Source: an uncultured Verrucomicrobiota bacterium (GTDB taxonomy: Bacteria; Verrucomicrobiota; Kiritimatiellia; RFP12; UBA3636). From it: a stretch of DNA of 50,741 bases. Below the pieces are notes generated by a model that saw only the letters and a program-made list of their open reading frames with translations, did no database searches and was not told the origin of the DNA. The translations under genes and the position numbers were made by a program. Position 1 is the stretch's first letter. Every line of letters begins with the position of its first letter. The DNA lies in assembly GCA_949295265.1 (NCBI GenBank), contig CASFKR010000001.1, positions 1-50,741 on the forward strand, in the 5' to 3' direction. Positions 9,095 through 19,187 of this stretch are shown in pieces.

Positions 9095-9934
9095 ATGAGC
9101 CGTAACCGCAGAAAAAGAAATTCGGAGCACAAATCCGGTCTGGATCGTCTCCATGACTGGTTGCTTTCCCGTTTGGAACAAAACCGGGAGCGGCAATTGC
9201 CCGCATTGGGTCCGACCGAATGCTCGCTGGTCGCGTACCATTTCCGTCCGCAAGAGACAGCGGATCAGTCCTTTCAGTATCTCGAGAGTGCCATCCGGGA
9301 AACGTGGCGTCATTGCGGACTGTTGACGACGATCATTGTCACGAATGAGGTGACGGACGCCATGCGTGCCTTTGCGGAGCCCTTCGGCTTCCGTGTGCAG
9401 TTGCAAACGGAGCCCACGCTGGTTCCGAACCGTCCTGAAACGATGAGCATGGATTTGAACGGGCGGCTTGTGGAGCGCTTTCATACGCCGTACGCTCTGC
9501 TGATTCAGGAAGACGCGTTTCCGCTCCGTCCGGGGCTCGGACATTTCCTGGAAACCTACGATTTTTACGGGGCTCCGCGCACGAGCGACAGTTGGTTGGC
9601 CTCGTTCGGTCCCCGCCTGTTCAACTGCCGTCTGATGAACGGCATGTTTTCGCTCCGTACCCGCCGGTTGTGCGAACTGGTGGCAGAGCAATGGCGGATG
9701 CAGTATGCGGATGAGCCGTTCCGCCGGGAGTTCTACCACGACCGGTTCTGCACCGATACGCTGCCGCGCAAATCCTTTGCCTACCGCAAGGAGGTCAAGT
9801 TCCCCACGGCGCATGAAGCGGCGGTCTTCTGCTACGATTCCGAGAGCACATACCGGAGTCCGGTTCCGCCGTTCGGTTTCCATGGCGCCAAGGCGTTCCG
9901 GATGCTCTGCGACAGCGGCAAGTATCAGCTTTGA
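9095..9934 (+). CDS. DUF5672-like protein (putative glycosyltransferase-related)
   Basis: Motifs LLIQEDAF, YDFYGAP, NGMFSLR and PFGFH resemble the DUF5672 family as recalled. Start taken at ATG 9095. Confidence 0.7.
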   Translation: MSRNRRKRNSEHKSGLDRLHDWLLSRLEQNRERQLPALGPTECSLVAYHFRPQETADQSFQYLESAIRETWRHCGLLTTIIVTNEVTDAMRAFAEPFGFRVQLQTEPTLVPNRPETMSMDLNGRLVERFHTPYALLIQEDAFPLRPGLGHFLETYDFYGAPRTSDSWLASFGPRLFNCRLMNGMFSLRTRRLCELVAEQWRMQYADEPFRREFYHDRFCTDTLPRKSFAYRKEVKFPTAHEAAVFCYDSESTYRSPVPPFGFHGAKAFRMLCDSGKYQL

Positions 9935-10488
9935 CGCGGCATCCGCCGCCGGGCGCCGCGGCGCAGGGATCGTCCCCGCACAGGGTATTGCGCTTTCCGG
10001 AGGGAGGCGGCCGCCGCCGCCGCAAACCGGATGCATTCGATGCAGCCGATTCGGCTTTTGTAGTATTCCGGGGTGCGTTCTCCGGGCATACCGCCGTGTT
10101 CTTTGGCGGCTTGAGCCGATTCGACGCGCAACGCCAGCAGTTCGCGGCAGACGCATGAGCCGAACCGCTCTTTGAAGGCGGCGCAGAAGGTCTGCACCGC
10201 TTCGTAGGTGGCTTTTTTCGCTTCGGGTTTCAGCGCATCGCCGCTTCCGCAGGCGATGCCCGCGAGCATGGCAAATCCGGTCACGGAGCCGCAGACTTCG
10301 CGGGTGCGCCCGACGCCGCCGCCCAGGCCCAGCGAGAGATCGGCCACGAGTGCGGTGGGGAGCCCGAGCCGCTCCGCATGCGTGAGGACAACCGCCTGCG
10401 AACAGGTTGCACCTTTCCGGAAGAGGGCTTCGGCGGTGTCGGCGGCGGCACGGGCTTCCGGGGTTTCAAGAAGAGAGGGGTCAAACAT
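9925..10488 (-). CDS. C_GCAxxG_C_C family putative redox-active protein
   Basis: GATCSQAVV, LGGGVG...VCGSVTG, FGSCVCRELL and CIECI. Start taken at MFDPS (10488). Confidence 0.85.
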   Translation of the reverse strand: MFDPSLLETPEARAAADTAEALFRKGATCSQAVVLTHAERLGLPTALVADLSLGLGGGVGRTREVCGSVTGFAMLAGIACGSGDALKPEAKKATYEAVQTFCAAFKERFGSCVCRELLALRVESAQAAKEHGGMPGERTPEYYKSRIGCIECIRFAAAAAASLRKAQYPVRGRSLRRGARRRMPRQS

Positions 10489-10578
10489 GGCTGGAGGCTG
10501 GCTGGGGATGAGAAAAAAGTAAAAAAAAAACGGGAAAATGAGCGGCGGGACGGGGACGGAACCCATGGTCGGTTGCGC

Positions 10579-11781
10579 TCAGGTAGGAGACGAATCGTCC
10601 CCCGGGTCTGCCGATTGAGAAATCGGTTTCTCCGGTTTTACGAGGGCTTGGGAGAGAAAGGCGTGGCCTTCTGCGTACAGTGTTTGCAGGATCTCTGTCC
10701 GGCTCGCCGGGAGCGGCTCCAGCAGGAGGCGGAAATCCGGTGTTTCGCCGGGACGGATGAGGCGTACAGACAGCCCGAACCGGTCCAGCAGCGTTGTCAG
10801 GCGTCCGGCGGAATCTTCTTCCGGCTTTGCAAAGGCGAGGAATGGTCTGCCGAAGAGCAGGGAAAAGACCACGGCATGGAAGGAGTCGGTGACGATGGCG
10901 TCGGCATCGCGGATGGCACACAGCCACGCTTCCACGGAGGGTAGGGCGGGGAAGAGTCCCGGCGCGGGATTGTTCGGTGTATGCAGCGTGGTTGACTGAA
11001 GCGTCAGCCCCGCTGCGCGCAAGCCGTCGAGACAAGTGCGGAGCGCGGGCGTGTTGTCCGTTCGGGCGGACAGGAAACAATGCGTCAGCCGGAGCACCCC
11101 GGGGGTGCGGGGACGTGCGTCCGACGCGGGCAGGAGGCGCTCCCAGGTTTCCGGCGGCAGAAACAGCGTTGGATCCGGGCAAAGCGAGGGGCGGCGCCCG
11201 AAGAGCCGTTCGCAGATGGCGACGCCTTCCGATTCGCGCACGGAGACGGCGTCGAAGGCCTCGAGCCAGCTCCGGTAGCGGCTGAGCCGGGAACCGAAGT
11301 CGGGGTCGCTGTTTCCGAAGGAGGCGGCAACGGCAATCCTGCAGACGGGCGTCCCGTTGAGAAAACTCCCAAAGTAGAGGGGACGCGTCCAGGCCGGGTT
11401 CCAGATTTGGTCGGACCCGAAGATGACTGCGTCGACGGGATGCTGCCGAATCCAGCGCTGAAGATCGCGTTCACTTGCCACGGGGGCGGTCCGTGCGAGA
11501 TGCGCCCGGATCCACGGGCGGATCCGGCGTTCCGCCAGGGCTTCGGAGAGCCCCGGCAGAAGCGGAATGGCTTCACGGCGTCCGCGCAACCGTGCCGCGC
11601 AGCGGAGCCAGAGACGGCGCCCGAACGCCAGCGGCCAGAGTATCCACGGGAGCCGCTGAAAGCGCATGCGCAGCGCAATCGGCTCGTGCCCGAGCGCACG
11701 CAGCGTCTGCTGGAGTGCCCAGAGCTGCAGGATCCCGCCGATATTCGAATGCAGCGGAAGGGTGAGAATGGCGATTTTCAT
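10579..11781 (-). CDS. Polysaccharide pyruvyl transferase family protein
   Basis: MKIAILTL...NIGGILQ, FGSDQIWN, AASFG, VSVRE, DPTLFL and TDSFH are the family motifs. Confidence 0.9.
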   Translation of the reverse strand: MKIAILTLPLHSNIGGILQLWALQQTLRALGHEPIALRMRFQRLPWILWPLAFGRRLWLRCAARLRGRREAIPLLPGLSEALAERRIRPWIRAHLARTAPVASERDLQRWIRQHPVDAVIFGSDQIWNPAWTRPLYFGSFLNGTPVCRIAVAASFGNSDPDFGSRLSRYRSWLEAFDAVSVRESEGVAICERLFGRRPSLCPDPTLFLPPETWERLLPASDARPRTPGVLRLTHCFLSARTDNTPALRTCLDGLRAAGLTLQSTTLHTPNNPAPGLFPALPSVEAWLCAIRDADAIVTDSFHAVVFSLLFGRPFLAFAKPEEDSAGRLTTLLDRFGLSVRLIRPGETPDFRLLLEPLPASRTEILQTLYAEGHAFLSQALVKPEKPISQSADPGDDSSPT

Positions 11782-11885
11782 CGCGGGAATGCGCGTTGAG
11801 CCCAGGCCTGTCCGGAAGTGCGAAAAACGGTCGGGCTGGACAGACAGCCCGACCGTTGGAGGAAAAAGCGTCCGGCCGGGCGCCG

Positions 11886-13892
11886 TCAATAGGCGACGGT
11901 GGAGACGGCTTTGCAGAGGAATACGACGCCGACGGAGAGAATCGAGATGAGACCGGTGCCGACGAAGAAGCCGGAGGAGACGACCGGAATCATCTTGCGC
12001 CACTCACGCCCGAATTTGCGCTCGAAGTAGCACTTGCCGATCAGGGCGCCGATGAAGTTGGGGAGCACGGTGTGCGGCGCGGTCTGACCCAGACCGCGAA
12101 CGACGCCGAAGAACAGCATCGTCGGGGCGCCGAACCAGCCGAGCAGACCCATCACCGCGCCGGCGGAGCCGAAGCCCGCGAGGAACCGGCCGAGCCCGAG
12201 CGCTTCCTTGAACTGGCTGTATTCGCCGAGCGTGGAGGAGTAAATCAGGCACGTGTTTTTCGCCGTCAAATCCCAGATCTGCTCCGTGTAGGGGTAAACC
12301 GCCGAAGGAATTTCAGCCAGCGACCAGATGAAGGAGGAGAAGAACAGCGACGAGCAGATGATGATGGGGAAGAGCAGAATCTGCGCTTTCCAGATGGAGC
12401 CGAATTTGCACCCGAGAAGCTCGGCCTGCTTGTACGAAACCACCTGAATGCCGTAGTTGGACTTCGGAATCGGGATGAACCAGATTTTGACGCCCGTGTA
12501 GCCGGAGAGGATGAACGAAATTTCGGTGATGAACGGAATTTCGATAACCTGACCGGCCAGACCTTCCAGACGGGCCGTCACGTACGAAATCAGCGGCGTA
12601 TAGATGAAGGCGAAGAAGAAGAGGACGACCAGAACACCGGGATGCCAGTCGGTCAGCCAGCCGCAGACGACGATGTAGAGCACGCAGGAAATGGCGTACG
12701 TCACGAAGACCCACGGCACGGGAATGTGACCGCGCATCTTGGAGAGGCGCAGCAGGCGTTCCGCATGGTCGTGCGCCGTCTTTTCGCGCTTGCCGAGGCG
12801 CAGGGTGCGGAAGGCGACCCAGAGACCGAAGAAGGCGATGGCCAGCGAGATGCCGATCTGGAAGGAGAAGTAGAAGTCGACGTTGTTGGCGAAGAGCGTC
12901 AGAACCGTGGTGTCGCCCTGTTCCCACGTCGGCATCTTGCCGAAGTGGTACAGAATCGGGTTCATGACGAAGGTGAAGATCAGACCGACGAAGGAGCCGA
13001 CCATCGACCAGAAGGGGAGCACCATGCCGAGGATGATGTTGCCGAGGTCGAAGGAGAGACCGGTCGCCGTTGCAGGCAGGAACGACTGCGTGTACGGGGT
13101 GAAGTCCGCGAAGGGAATCTGGAAGACCATCAGCGTGCTGTCGAACAGTGCACCGGTGATGGTGGGCAGCGCCATGTACATCAGACCGAAAATCATGCCG
13201 ATGCCGGACCCGACGCAGAACATGCGCCAGCGGACGGAGGCGCCGGCGCTCTTGACGGAGCCCTCCACCTGTTCGGCGATGGCGACGATACCCTGAGCGC
13301 CGACGGGCGCCATCGGGAAGGGGAGCTGCTCGATATCCGAGGTGAGACGGAAAAGCCCGTAGCCGAGGATGGCGGAGTTGAGGCGGCCCATGATTTCACG
13401 GAACAGCATCAGCCCGATGAACGGGAGCCACGCCTTGGAGAGGAACGTGCGCGGGAGGCTGTCGAGATTCTTCGGGGCAACCCACACCGGAATGTCGGCG
13501 GCAACGCCCGTCGCCACCGCCGCATCGGAACGCACGAGGAACTGCGTGAAGAGCGGCGTATTCCAGACGTTGGTCGCCATGACCATGCCGGCCATGTAGA
13601 AGAGGATGAAGAGCTGGGCGCGCGAAAGTTTGGCGTTCGCGCGTTTGGCCACTTCGACGAAGAGCAGAACGGTCACCCACTGGGCGGCACCGCCGATGCC
13701 GGCACCGGCGACGAGTTCCATGTAGAGCGCACCGGGCACCATGACCAGTGCGACGAAGAGAGTGCCGAGCAGCGAGGTCAGGTTGAAGCCTTCCTCGAAG
13801 GAATCGGGCACGGTAAGCAGGGCCCGAAACTCTTCCAGTTCGGCGTCCTCCGTTTTAACGCGGCGGCGAAGCAGATGTTTGAGGGAGATCAT
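11886..13892 (-). CDS. OPT-superfamily-like polytopic membrane protein (putative peptide transporter)
   Basis: About 670 aa with many hydrophobic helices and an EQLPFPMA motif like the OPT ExLxFP segment. Start taken at MISLKH. Confidence 0.75.
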   Translation of the reverse strand: MISLKHLLRRRVKTEDAELEEFRALLTVPDSFEEGFNLTSLLGTLFVALVMVPGALYMELVAGAGIGGAAQWVTVLLFVEVAKRANAKLSRAQLFILFYMAGMVMATNVWNTPLFTQFLVRSDAAVATGVAADIPVWVAPKNLDSLPRTFLSKAWLPFIGLMLFREIMGRLNSAILGYGLFRLTSDIEQLPFPMAPVGAQGIVAIAEQVEGSVKSAGASVRWRMFCVGSGIGMIFGLMYMALPTITGALFDSTLMVFQIPFADFTPYTQSFLPATATGLSFDLGNIILGMVLPFWSMVGSFVGLIFTFVMNPILYHFGKMPTWEQGDTTVLTLFANNVDFYFSFQIGISLAIAFFGLWVAFRTLRLGKREKTAHDHAERLLRLSKMRGHIPVPWVFVTYAISCVLYIVVCGWLTDWHPGVLVVLFFFAFIYTPLISYVTARLEGLAGQVIEIPFITEISFILSGYTGVKIWFIPIPKSNYGIQVVSYKQAELLGCKFGSIWKAQILLFPIIICSSLFFSSFIWSLAEIPSAVYPYTEQIWDLTAKNTCLIYSSTLGEYSQFKEALGLGRFLAGFGSAGAVMGLLGWFGAPTMLFFGVVRGLGQTAPHTVLPNFIGALIGKCYFERKFGREWRKMIPVVSSGFFVGTGLISILSVGVVFLCKAVSTVAY

Positions 13893-13928
13893 TGCGTGGA
13901 ATGACGGGTGTCGAAGGTGCGGGAAAGG

Positions 13929-13945
13929 GTGGCAGGGGCGTGGCA
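13929..13945 (+). repeat. 17-bp recurrent motif copy (exact), intergenic
   Basis: GTGGCAGGGGCGTGGCA between the genes at 11886..13892 and 13980..19187. Confidence 0.75.
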
Positions 13946-13979
13946 CGGGTGCGGGCCGGGTCACGCCCGATGCGTGGAC

Positions 13980-16900
13980 TTAGCGGCTCTTTTTGCCGTG
14001 CTTGGGATTCCGGCGGGCGCGGGGGTTGGTACCGCCCTGGTTGGGGGCGGGCCTGGGCGCCTCGGGGGCCTTGGGTTCTGCAGCGGGGGCGGGGGCGACC
14101 GGAGCGGCAGGCTGCGCGGAGGCGCCGCCCGCCTGCTGATTGCGCAGGTGCGCCTCGTAGGCGGCCCCGGCACCCTGCCCGGCGATGTCCTCGAGCGTCG
14201 AGGCGCGGTAGTGCTCCACCGTCGCAATCGGGAGCGAACGCCAGAGCAGGAACTGCTCGCGCAGCTCAGCGGCAAAGGCGCGGTTGGAGCGCACCCACGA
14301 GTCCGGCGTGCCGCCGATGCGCGTGAGGTCGACCACCACTTCGTCGATGCCCTTGATTTCGAACTCCTGCGAGTACATCCGGAACCGCTGGAAGATGCCC
14401 AGGTCGAACGGAGCCAGCGAGATGTTGGCTTCGATGCCGATGTGCTCCTTGCCGTCGTTGCCGCACGGTTCCTTGAAGATGCGCACGTCCCGGGCCGCAA
14501 AGGAGCCCAGCGTGGCGTCCGCATGGTTGTTGAAGTGCTCGCGGATGAACGAGAGGATGCCGGCAAAGTCGACGGACGAAACGGTGAACGGGAAGACGAA
14601 CTCAAGTTTGTTTCCCTTCGGCGAGGGCATCTTCCACTTGCGGGCGACGCCCGGGTTGGCCGATTTCGAGGCGCGGAGCGCCGGGAAAATCGTCGAGAGC
14701 ATCACCACCGCCATCACAATCAGAATCGTGCAGACGGAGGTCAGCGAGGAGAAGTTCATCTCCGGCGGCGTGATGAGACCGCGCGAGCCGAGGAACTTGA
14801 AGAACTTCGCGACGAGCTGGCTCACGAGGTAGCCGCCCATGCCGCCGATGACGGAGTAGACCGCCGATTCCGCGAAGAAGAGCGCACCCACGTCAACCGG
14901 TGCCAGACCCAGCGCCGAGTATGTGAAGATTTCCTTTTCGCGGGCCACAATCGAGCCCATCAGCGACGAGAAGATAATCAGACCGCCCAGCAGGAGCGGG
15001 ACGATGACGTCCGAGAAGCCGGAGCCCTGCACCGCCTGCGTGAAGAAGAGGCTGTAGGCGCCTTCGGGCGTCTTCACGTGGACCGTGCCCTGGAACGCCG
15101 GGGCGAGCTCCACGCCGATGTCGTACAGCGAGAGGTCTTCCTGCCCCTCTTTGGGGTACATGGCGATGAAGTTGCAGACGTTGTGCCACCCGAAGTACCG
15201 GCGCAGGTCATCCATGCGGGCGATGGCCACGACGTCCGGCGTGAACCATTCGAAGGTGCCGGTGGGCATTTCCTCGAGCGATTCAATGGAGGCGCCGCCC
15301 GTCGCGGACGAGCCGGAGTTGGAGAGCGTCGCCTGAAAGTCCGGCGGAACCCCGCGCAGATCGTCAATCGTCGAAATCTGCTGGAGCGCGAAGGCGTCGA
15401 AGAAGCCGGCGAAGGTGAACGGCACGCCGTTGAGGCGGATTTCATCGCCCTTGGCAATCTGCGTCAGTTCGTTCGTGACGGCAGGCGGCAGGAAGAGCGG
15501 TGGCAGGGGCGTGGCAGCGGTGGCCAGCTCCGGCACGACTTTGCGGAAGCCGGCGGAGTGCTTGATCTCGGTTTCGTCCAGCCCCATGACGGCGGACATC
15601 TGGATGGACTCGCCGGATTTGGGCAGGAAGAGGACGCGTTCGGGGTTGATGCTGGTGTCGCCCGTGTCGTTGCTGCGCGTCGGGATGCGGAAGAGACCGC
15701 CGCGGCGGCAGATGTCGAAGCGGTCGCCGTAGAGCGCATTGAGCGAGTCGATGAAGCCGCTGTCGATGTGCAGGAAGGAGAGGCGGTGCAGCTCGATGCG
15801 GTTTTCATCGGTGCCGCGGCCGAGATACGAATCCACGACGCCCTGCTGCGAAGTGAACGAGGCGAACACGAGAATTGTGAACGTGAGCAGCACGACCGTG
15901 ATGCACGTGAGGAACGTCTTCAGCGGCCGGTTGCGCATGCCCGCGATGCCGATGAGGATGGCGGAGAGCGTGGTTGACGATTCGTTGACAACGCCGTGCA
16001 CCGTCGAGGCCAGGCCCTGCATCGCGCGGATTTCCTGTTTGATCTTGCCCATCATGATGCCCGACGTGATGCACGCAAGCATGATGATGACGAAGGCGAG
16101 GAAGATGACGATGGGGGCAGACGCCAGCGAGAAGGCCGGGTGCGTGAAGAAGAGGATGGCGAACGTGGCCAGGAAGAAGCCGATGAAGCCCATGAGCTGC
16201 TTGTAAATCGACGGGAAGCCGAAGATGAGGCGCTCCATCGCGAAGGCGAACGGGATGTTCAGCAGCAGCAGTACGACGACGGCCTGCACGAGGTCTTCCG
16301 TGACGCCGCGCAGCGGGCGGTAGATGCGGTTTTCGATGCAGTTCGCGAAGATGTGGTGCGCTTCCGCGAGACTCCACTTCTTTTCGGCGATGGCCGCGGC
16401 GGCTTCTTCGATGTGGTCCTTGGAGTCCGCATGGAACTTCTCGAGGTCGTCGCGGACGATGTTGCGTTCGCGGAGCACGGCGAGGCGGGCTTCGTTGAGC
16501 AGGTAGGCGTCGTTGGCGCCCTGAGCGATGTTGTTCGCGTGGAGGCGCGCATCGGTGTCGAGTTTCACGCCGACGCCCATGGCGGCCTTGAGGCGGTCCA
16601 TGCCGGGCGCATTGGTGACGGAGCCGAGGAGCATGTCGCCATTGCCGCCGATGATCTTAATCGGGTCCTGGCGGTCGGCGAAGAATTCCTTGTAGCCCTC
16701 GAATTCGTACACCACGGTGGACGCCGTCTTGTGCGGCGCATCTTTGGAGGCCACAAGCGTCTTGGGCTCGTAGAGATCGCCGCCGATGGGGTCGGGCTTG
16801 TAGCCGTCGCCGAAGGAGAGACCGCCGTAGGCGTAGAAGAGGTGAATCGGCGTGGCCACGATGCCGTAGGCGTCGGCCGCGACCGTCACGCGGTCCAGGG

Positions 16901-19187
16901 CGCCCTCCTCATTGTAGCCCACCGCCATGTTGGTGAAGAGCCACGAGGTGTAGGCGACGCTGCGCCCGATGTACGGCATGTAGATGCGCCCGTTGGCGAG
17001 GATGCGCGAGCGCGGCTGGGCGGACTGCCCGATCATCGGTTCCGGACGGCGGAACGAGGTGATGTACACGATGGCGCGGCGCGGGACGCCTTCGCTGTCG
17101 GTGGAGCCGGCCGCATAGTTGAGGTAGCGCACGCCCGTGTTCTCGTAGTAGGTGAGGCGCGGTTCGAGGCGCTGCGCGGAGAACACGTTGCGGAGCGAAA
17201 TTTCCATCGAGTTGGCGAGCTCGCCGCAGAATTCCGCCATCTGGCTGCTGAGCGGCGAGAGATCCACGAAATCGGCAAACGGCAGATTGTCGTGGAGGAG
17301 GGGCTCGCCGACGGAGGTCATCTGGAAGCCCGCCAGGCCGAGCGCCGCCGAGAGGACGGACGGCACGAGGCGCTGATACTGGTAGGAGAGGGAGTACGGC
17401 TTGTAGGTCGCGTTGAGGGCGGGCTCGTAGAGCAGGGCGGTCCAGGGTTCCTCCGCCGGAGGCTCGCCGTTGGGGCCGGGCATGTGCGCGGCGGCGATGC
17501 CGCCCCGGCCGGTGGCGCCGTAGTAGATGTTGCGGAAGGCGCTCAGGTGGCGGCCGTAGGAGCCCGTGTTGTGATCGCCGTAGCGGTAGAGGCCCGCGGC
17601 GTTGATCATCGTGAACATCCACGGGGCCTTCGCCGAGGCGAAATCAAAGTCGAAATGCCCGACGATGGAGCGCCCTTCGAAGATGTCGGCGAGCTTCATC
17701 CACGAGGCGTTGTTGTCGATCATGCGCTCGAGCTCACCGCGCCGCGTGTGGAGACGCTCGAGCACATTGCCGAGCATGCGCGCGTACATGGCGGGCACAT
17801 CGGCGACCGGGTCGGACTCCAGCCCGGCGTCCGGCAGGTATTTGCCCTTGACGAGCTGTTCGCGCAGGAGGTTGGAGGCCTCGCGCTGCGCCTGCAGATG
17901 GTCGATCTGCACGGAGAGTTCGGCGATGCGGGCGGTGGCGGCCTGCTTTTCGGCTTCGTCGCTGAACTGCGGGAGGCGGCTCTGCAGGGCGGTGCGCTCT
18001 TCGCGCAGATCGCCGATGGGCTCGCGCAGGCCGTTGGCCAGCGCCACGAGTTCGCGCTTGAGGCGGTTCTGCAGATTGCGAGCCAGCGGGCCGCGGGCAT
18101 CGATGATGTTGTTCGCGTCTGCAAACGCGATGAGTTCGCGGATGGACACCAGCTCCTCGGCGTATTTCTCGCCGCGTTTGGCGAGGTCGAGGTTGTTGAT
18201 GTTCTTGTTCGACATGTCAATCGTGTGGTAGAAGAACCGGGCGCCTTCGAGGCCCGCATACTTCGAGCCGAAGAAGACGACGATGACACGGCGGTTGAGG
18301 GGACGGCCCGAGCGCGCGAGCGAGACGGCGGTCTGCGTCAGCAGCGCCACGTTGGCGGCGGCGCGCAGTTCCGGCGAGTAATCGGGCGTGAAGCCGTAGG
18401 TGTCGAGCGTGGCGGAGAGGATGAGCACTTCCTCGGAATCGAGATTGCCTTTCCAGCCGGGTTTGCTGGGGAGCTCGACCCAGAGGTTTTTGCCGGGGAC
18501 GTCGCGGATGACGCTGCGGGCGTCGAGGACGGCCTCGCGGGTGCCGTCGGCGGTCAGGAGCCCGGCGCGTTCGGCATCGGCGCGGTCGATGTAGACGCGC
18601 GGCACCAGCGTGAGACTCGTGAAGCCGACGGCCGACATGCGCGTGTTGGCCAGCGTGGCGTCGCCGACGAGGATGACGGCGCGGGCGCCGTGCGTCATGA
18701 CGTCGCGGATGTCCGCCTCCGGAAGCGTGGCGTCGAGGACGGCAATCTTGCCCGTGAGGTCTTTGCCCTCAAAGGTCTGGATGCGCCCGTTGCCGACAAA
18801 GATGGCCGGACCGCGGATCGGCTCGGGCACGACGAACGTGGCCGGACCGTTGTCGATCATCAGCACGCCTTCGACCGGCTCGCCGCCGTAGGTCAGCGAG
18901 AGCCGTTCCGTCTCCTGACTGAGCGAGTCGAACGTCTGGTACTGCGGCTTGAGTCCGGCCTTCGCCAGTTCGTTGCTGACGACATCGAAGGCCTTGGAAA
19001 GATTTTCAGACCCGACGCGGCGGTGCGGGAAACGGGAAATGCCGTTCCAGACGCGACCGTAGACGGAGTTGTCGGGAAGAACAGGAATCTCCGCGGCTTC
19101 CTGTGCCTGTACGGGGCAGAGCAGGGCGGCCAGAGCGAGCGCGGAAAATACGGCGGAGCGGACGCGGGGGATACGGGTGTTATTCAT
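13980..19187 (-). CDS. Giant (1735-aa) fusion: signal peptide, degenerate M28 peptidase/PA domain, coiled coil and FtsX/MacB-type permease
   Basis: Signal peptide ending LCPVQA. PA-like segment GPAIFVGNG...DLTGKIAVL...GARAVILV. M28-like core EVLILSATLD...RRVIVVFFGSKYAGLEGA. MacB-like TM1 RPLKTFLTCITVVLLTF. FtsX motif SIVAREKEIFTYSALG...FFAES. Confidence 0.85.
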   Translation of the reverse strand: MNNTRIPRVRSAVFSALALAALLCPVQAQEAAEIPVLPDNSVYGRVWNGISRFPHRRVGSENLSKAFDVVSNELAKAGLKPQYQTFDSLSQETERLSLTYGGEPVEGVLMIDNGPATFVVPEPIRGPAIFVGNGRIQTFEGKDLTGKIAVLDATLPEADIRDVMTHGARAVILVGDATLANTRMSAVGFTSLTLVPRVYIDRADAERAGLLTADGTREAVLDARSVIRDVPGKNLWVELPSKPGWKGNLDSEEVLILSATLDTYGFTPDYSPELRAAANVALLTQTAVSLARSGRPLNRRVIVVFFGSKYAGLEGARFFYHTIDMSNKNINNLDLAKRGEKYAEELVSIRELIAFADANNIIDARGPLARNLQNRLKRELVALANGLREPIGDLREERTALQSRLPQFSDEAEKQAATARIAELSVQIDHLQAQREASNLLREQLVKGKYLPDAGLESDPVADVPAMYARMLGNVLERLHTRRGELERMIDNNASWMKLADIFEGRSIVGHFDFDFASAKAPWMFTMINAAGLYRYGDHNTGSYGRHLSAFRNIYYGATGRGGIAAAHMPGPNGEPPAEEPWTALLYEPALNATYKPYSLSYQYQRLVPSVLSAALGLAGFQMTSVGEPLLHDNLPFADFVDLSPLSSQMAEFCGELANSMEISLRNVFSAQRLEPRLTYYENTGVRYLNYAAGSTDSEGVPRRAIVYITSFRRPEPMIGQSAQPRSRILANGRIYMPYIGRSVAYTSWLFTNMAVGYNEEGALDRVTVAADAYGIVATPIHLFYAYGGLSFGDGYKPDPIGGDLYEPKTLVASKDAPHKTASTVVYEFEGYKEFFADRQDPIKIIGGNGDMLLGSVTNAPGMDRLKAAMGVGVKLDTDARLHANNIAQGANDAYLLNEARLAVLRERNIVRDDLEKFHADSKDHIEEAAAAIAEKKWSLAEAHHIFANCIENRIYRPLRGVTEDLVQAVVVLLLLNIPFAFAMERLIFGFPSIYKQLMGFIGFFLATFAILFFTHPAFSLASAPIVIFLAFVIIMLACITSGIMMGKIKQEIRAMQGLASTVHGVVNESSTTLSAILIGIAGMRNRPLKTFLTCITVVLLTFTILVFASFTSQQGVVDSYLGRGTDENRIELHRLSFLHIDSGFIDSLNALYGDRFDICRRGGLFRIPTRSNDTGDTSINPERVLFLPKSGESIQMSAVMGLDETEIKHSAGFRKVVPELATAATPLPPLFLPPAVTNELTQIAKGDEIRLNGVPFTFAGFFDAFALQQISTIDDLRGVPPDFQATLSNSGSSATGGASIESLEEMPTGTFEWFTPDVVAIARMDDLRRYFGWHNVCNFIAMYPKEGQEDLSLYDIGVELAPAFQGTVHVKTPEGAYSLFFTQAVQGSGFSDVIVPLLLGGLIIFSSLMGSIVAREKEIFTYSALGLAPVDVGALFFAESAVYSVIGGMGGYLVSQLVAKFFKFLGSRGLITPPEMNFSSLTSVCTILIVMAVVMLSTIFPALRASKSANPGVARKWKMPSPKGNKLEFVFPFTVSSVDFAGILSFIREHFNNHADATLGSFAARDVRIFKEPCGNDGKEHIGIEANISLAPFDLGIFQRFRMYSQEFEIKGIDEVVVDLTRIGGTPDSWVRSNRAFAAELREQFLLWRSLPIATVEHYRASTLEDIAGQGAGAAYEAHLRNQQAGGASAQPAAPVAPAPAAEPKAPEAPRPAPNQGGTNPRARRNPKHGKKSR
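15500..15516 (+). repeat. 17-bp recurrent motif copy (exact)
   Basis: Inside the giant permease, read as AATPLP. Confidence 0.75.

Noticed and set aside
10521-10530. A10 tract (and A11 at 38202) as phase-variation switches
   Set aside because: They lie in an intergenic pyrimidine-rich leader or in pseudogene debris, and nothing in the sequence shows length variation.
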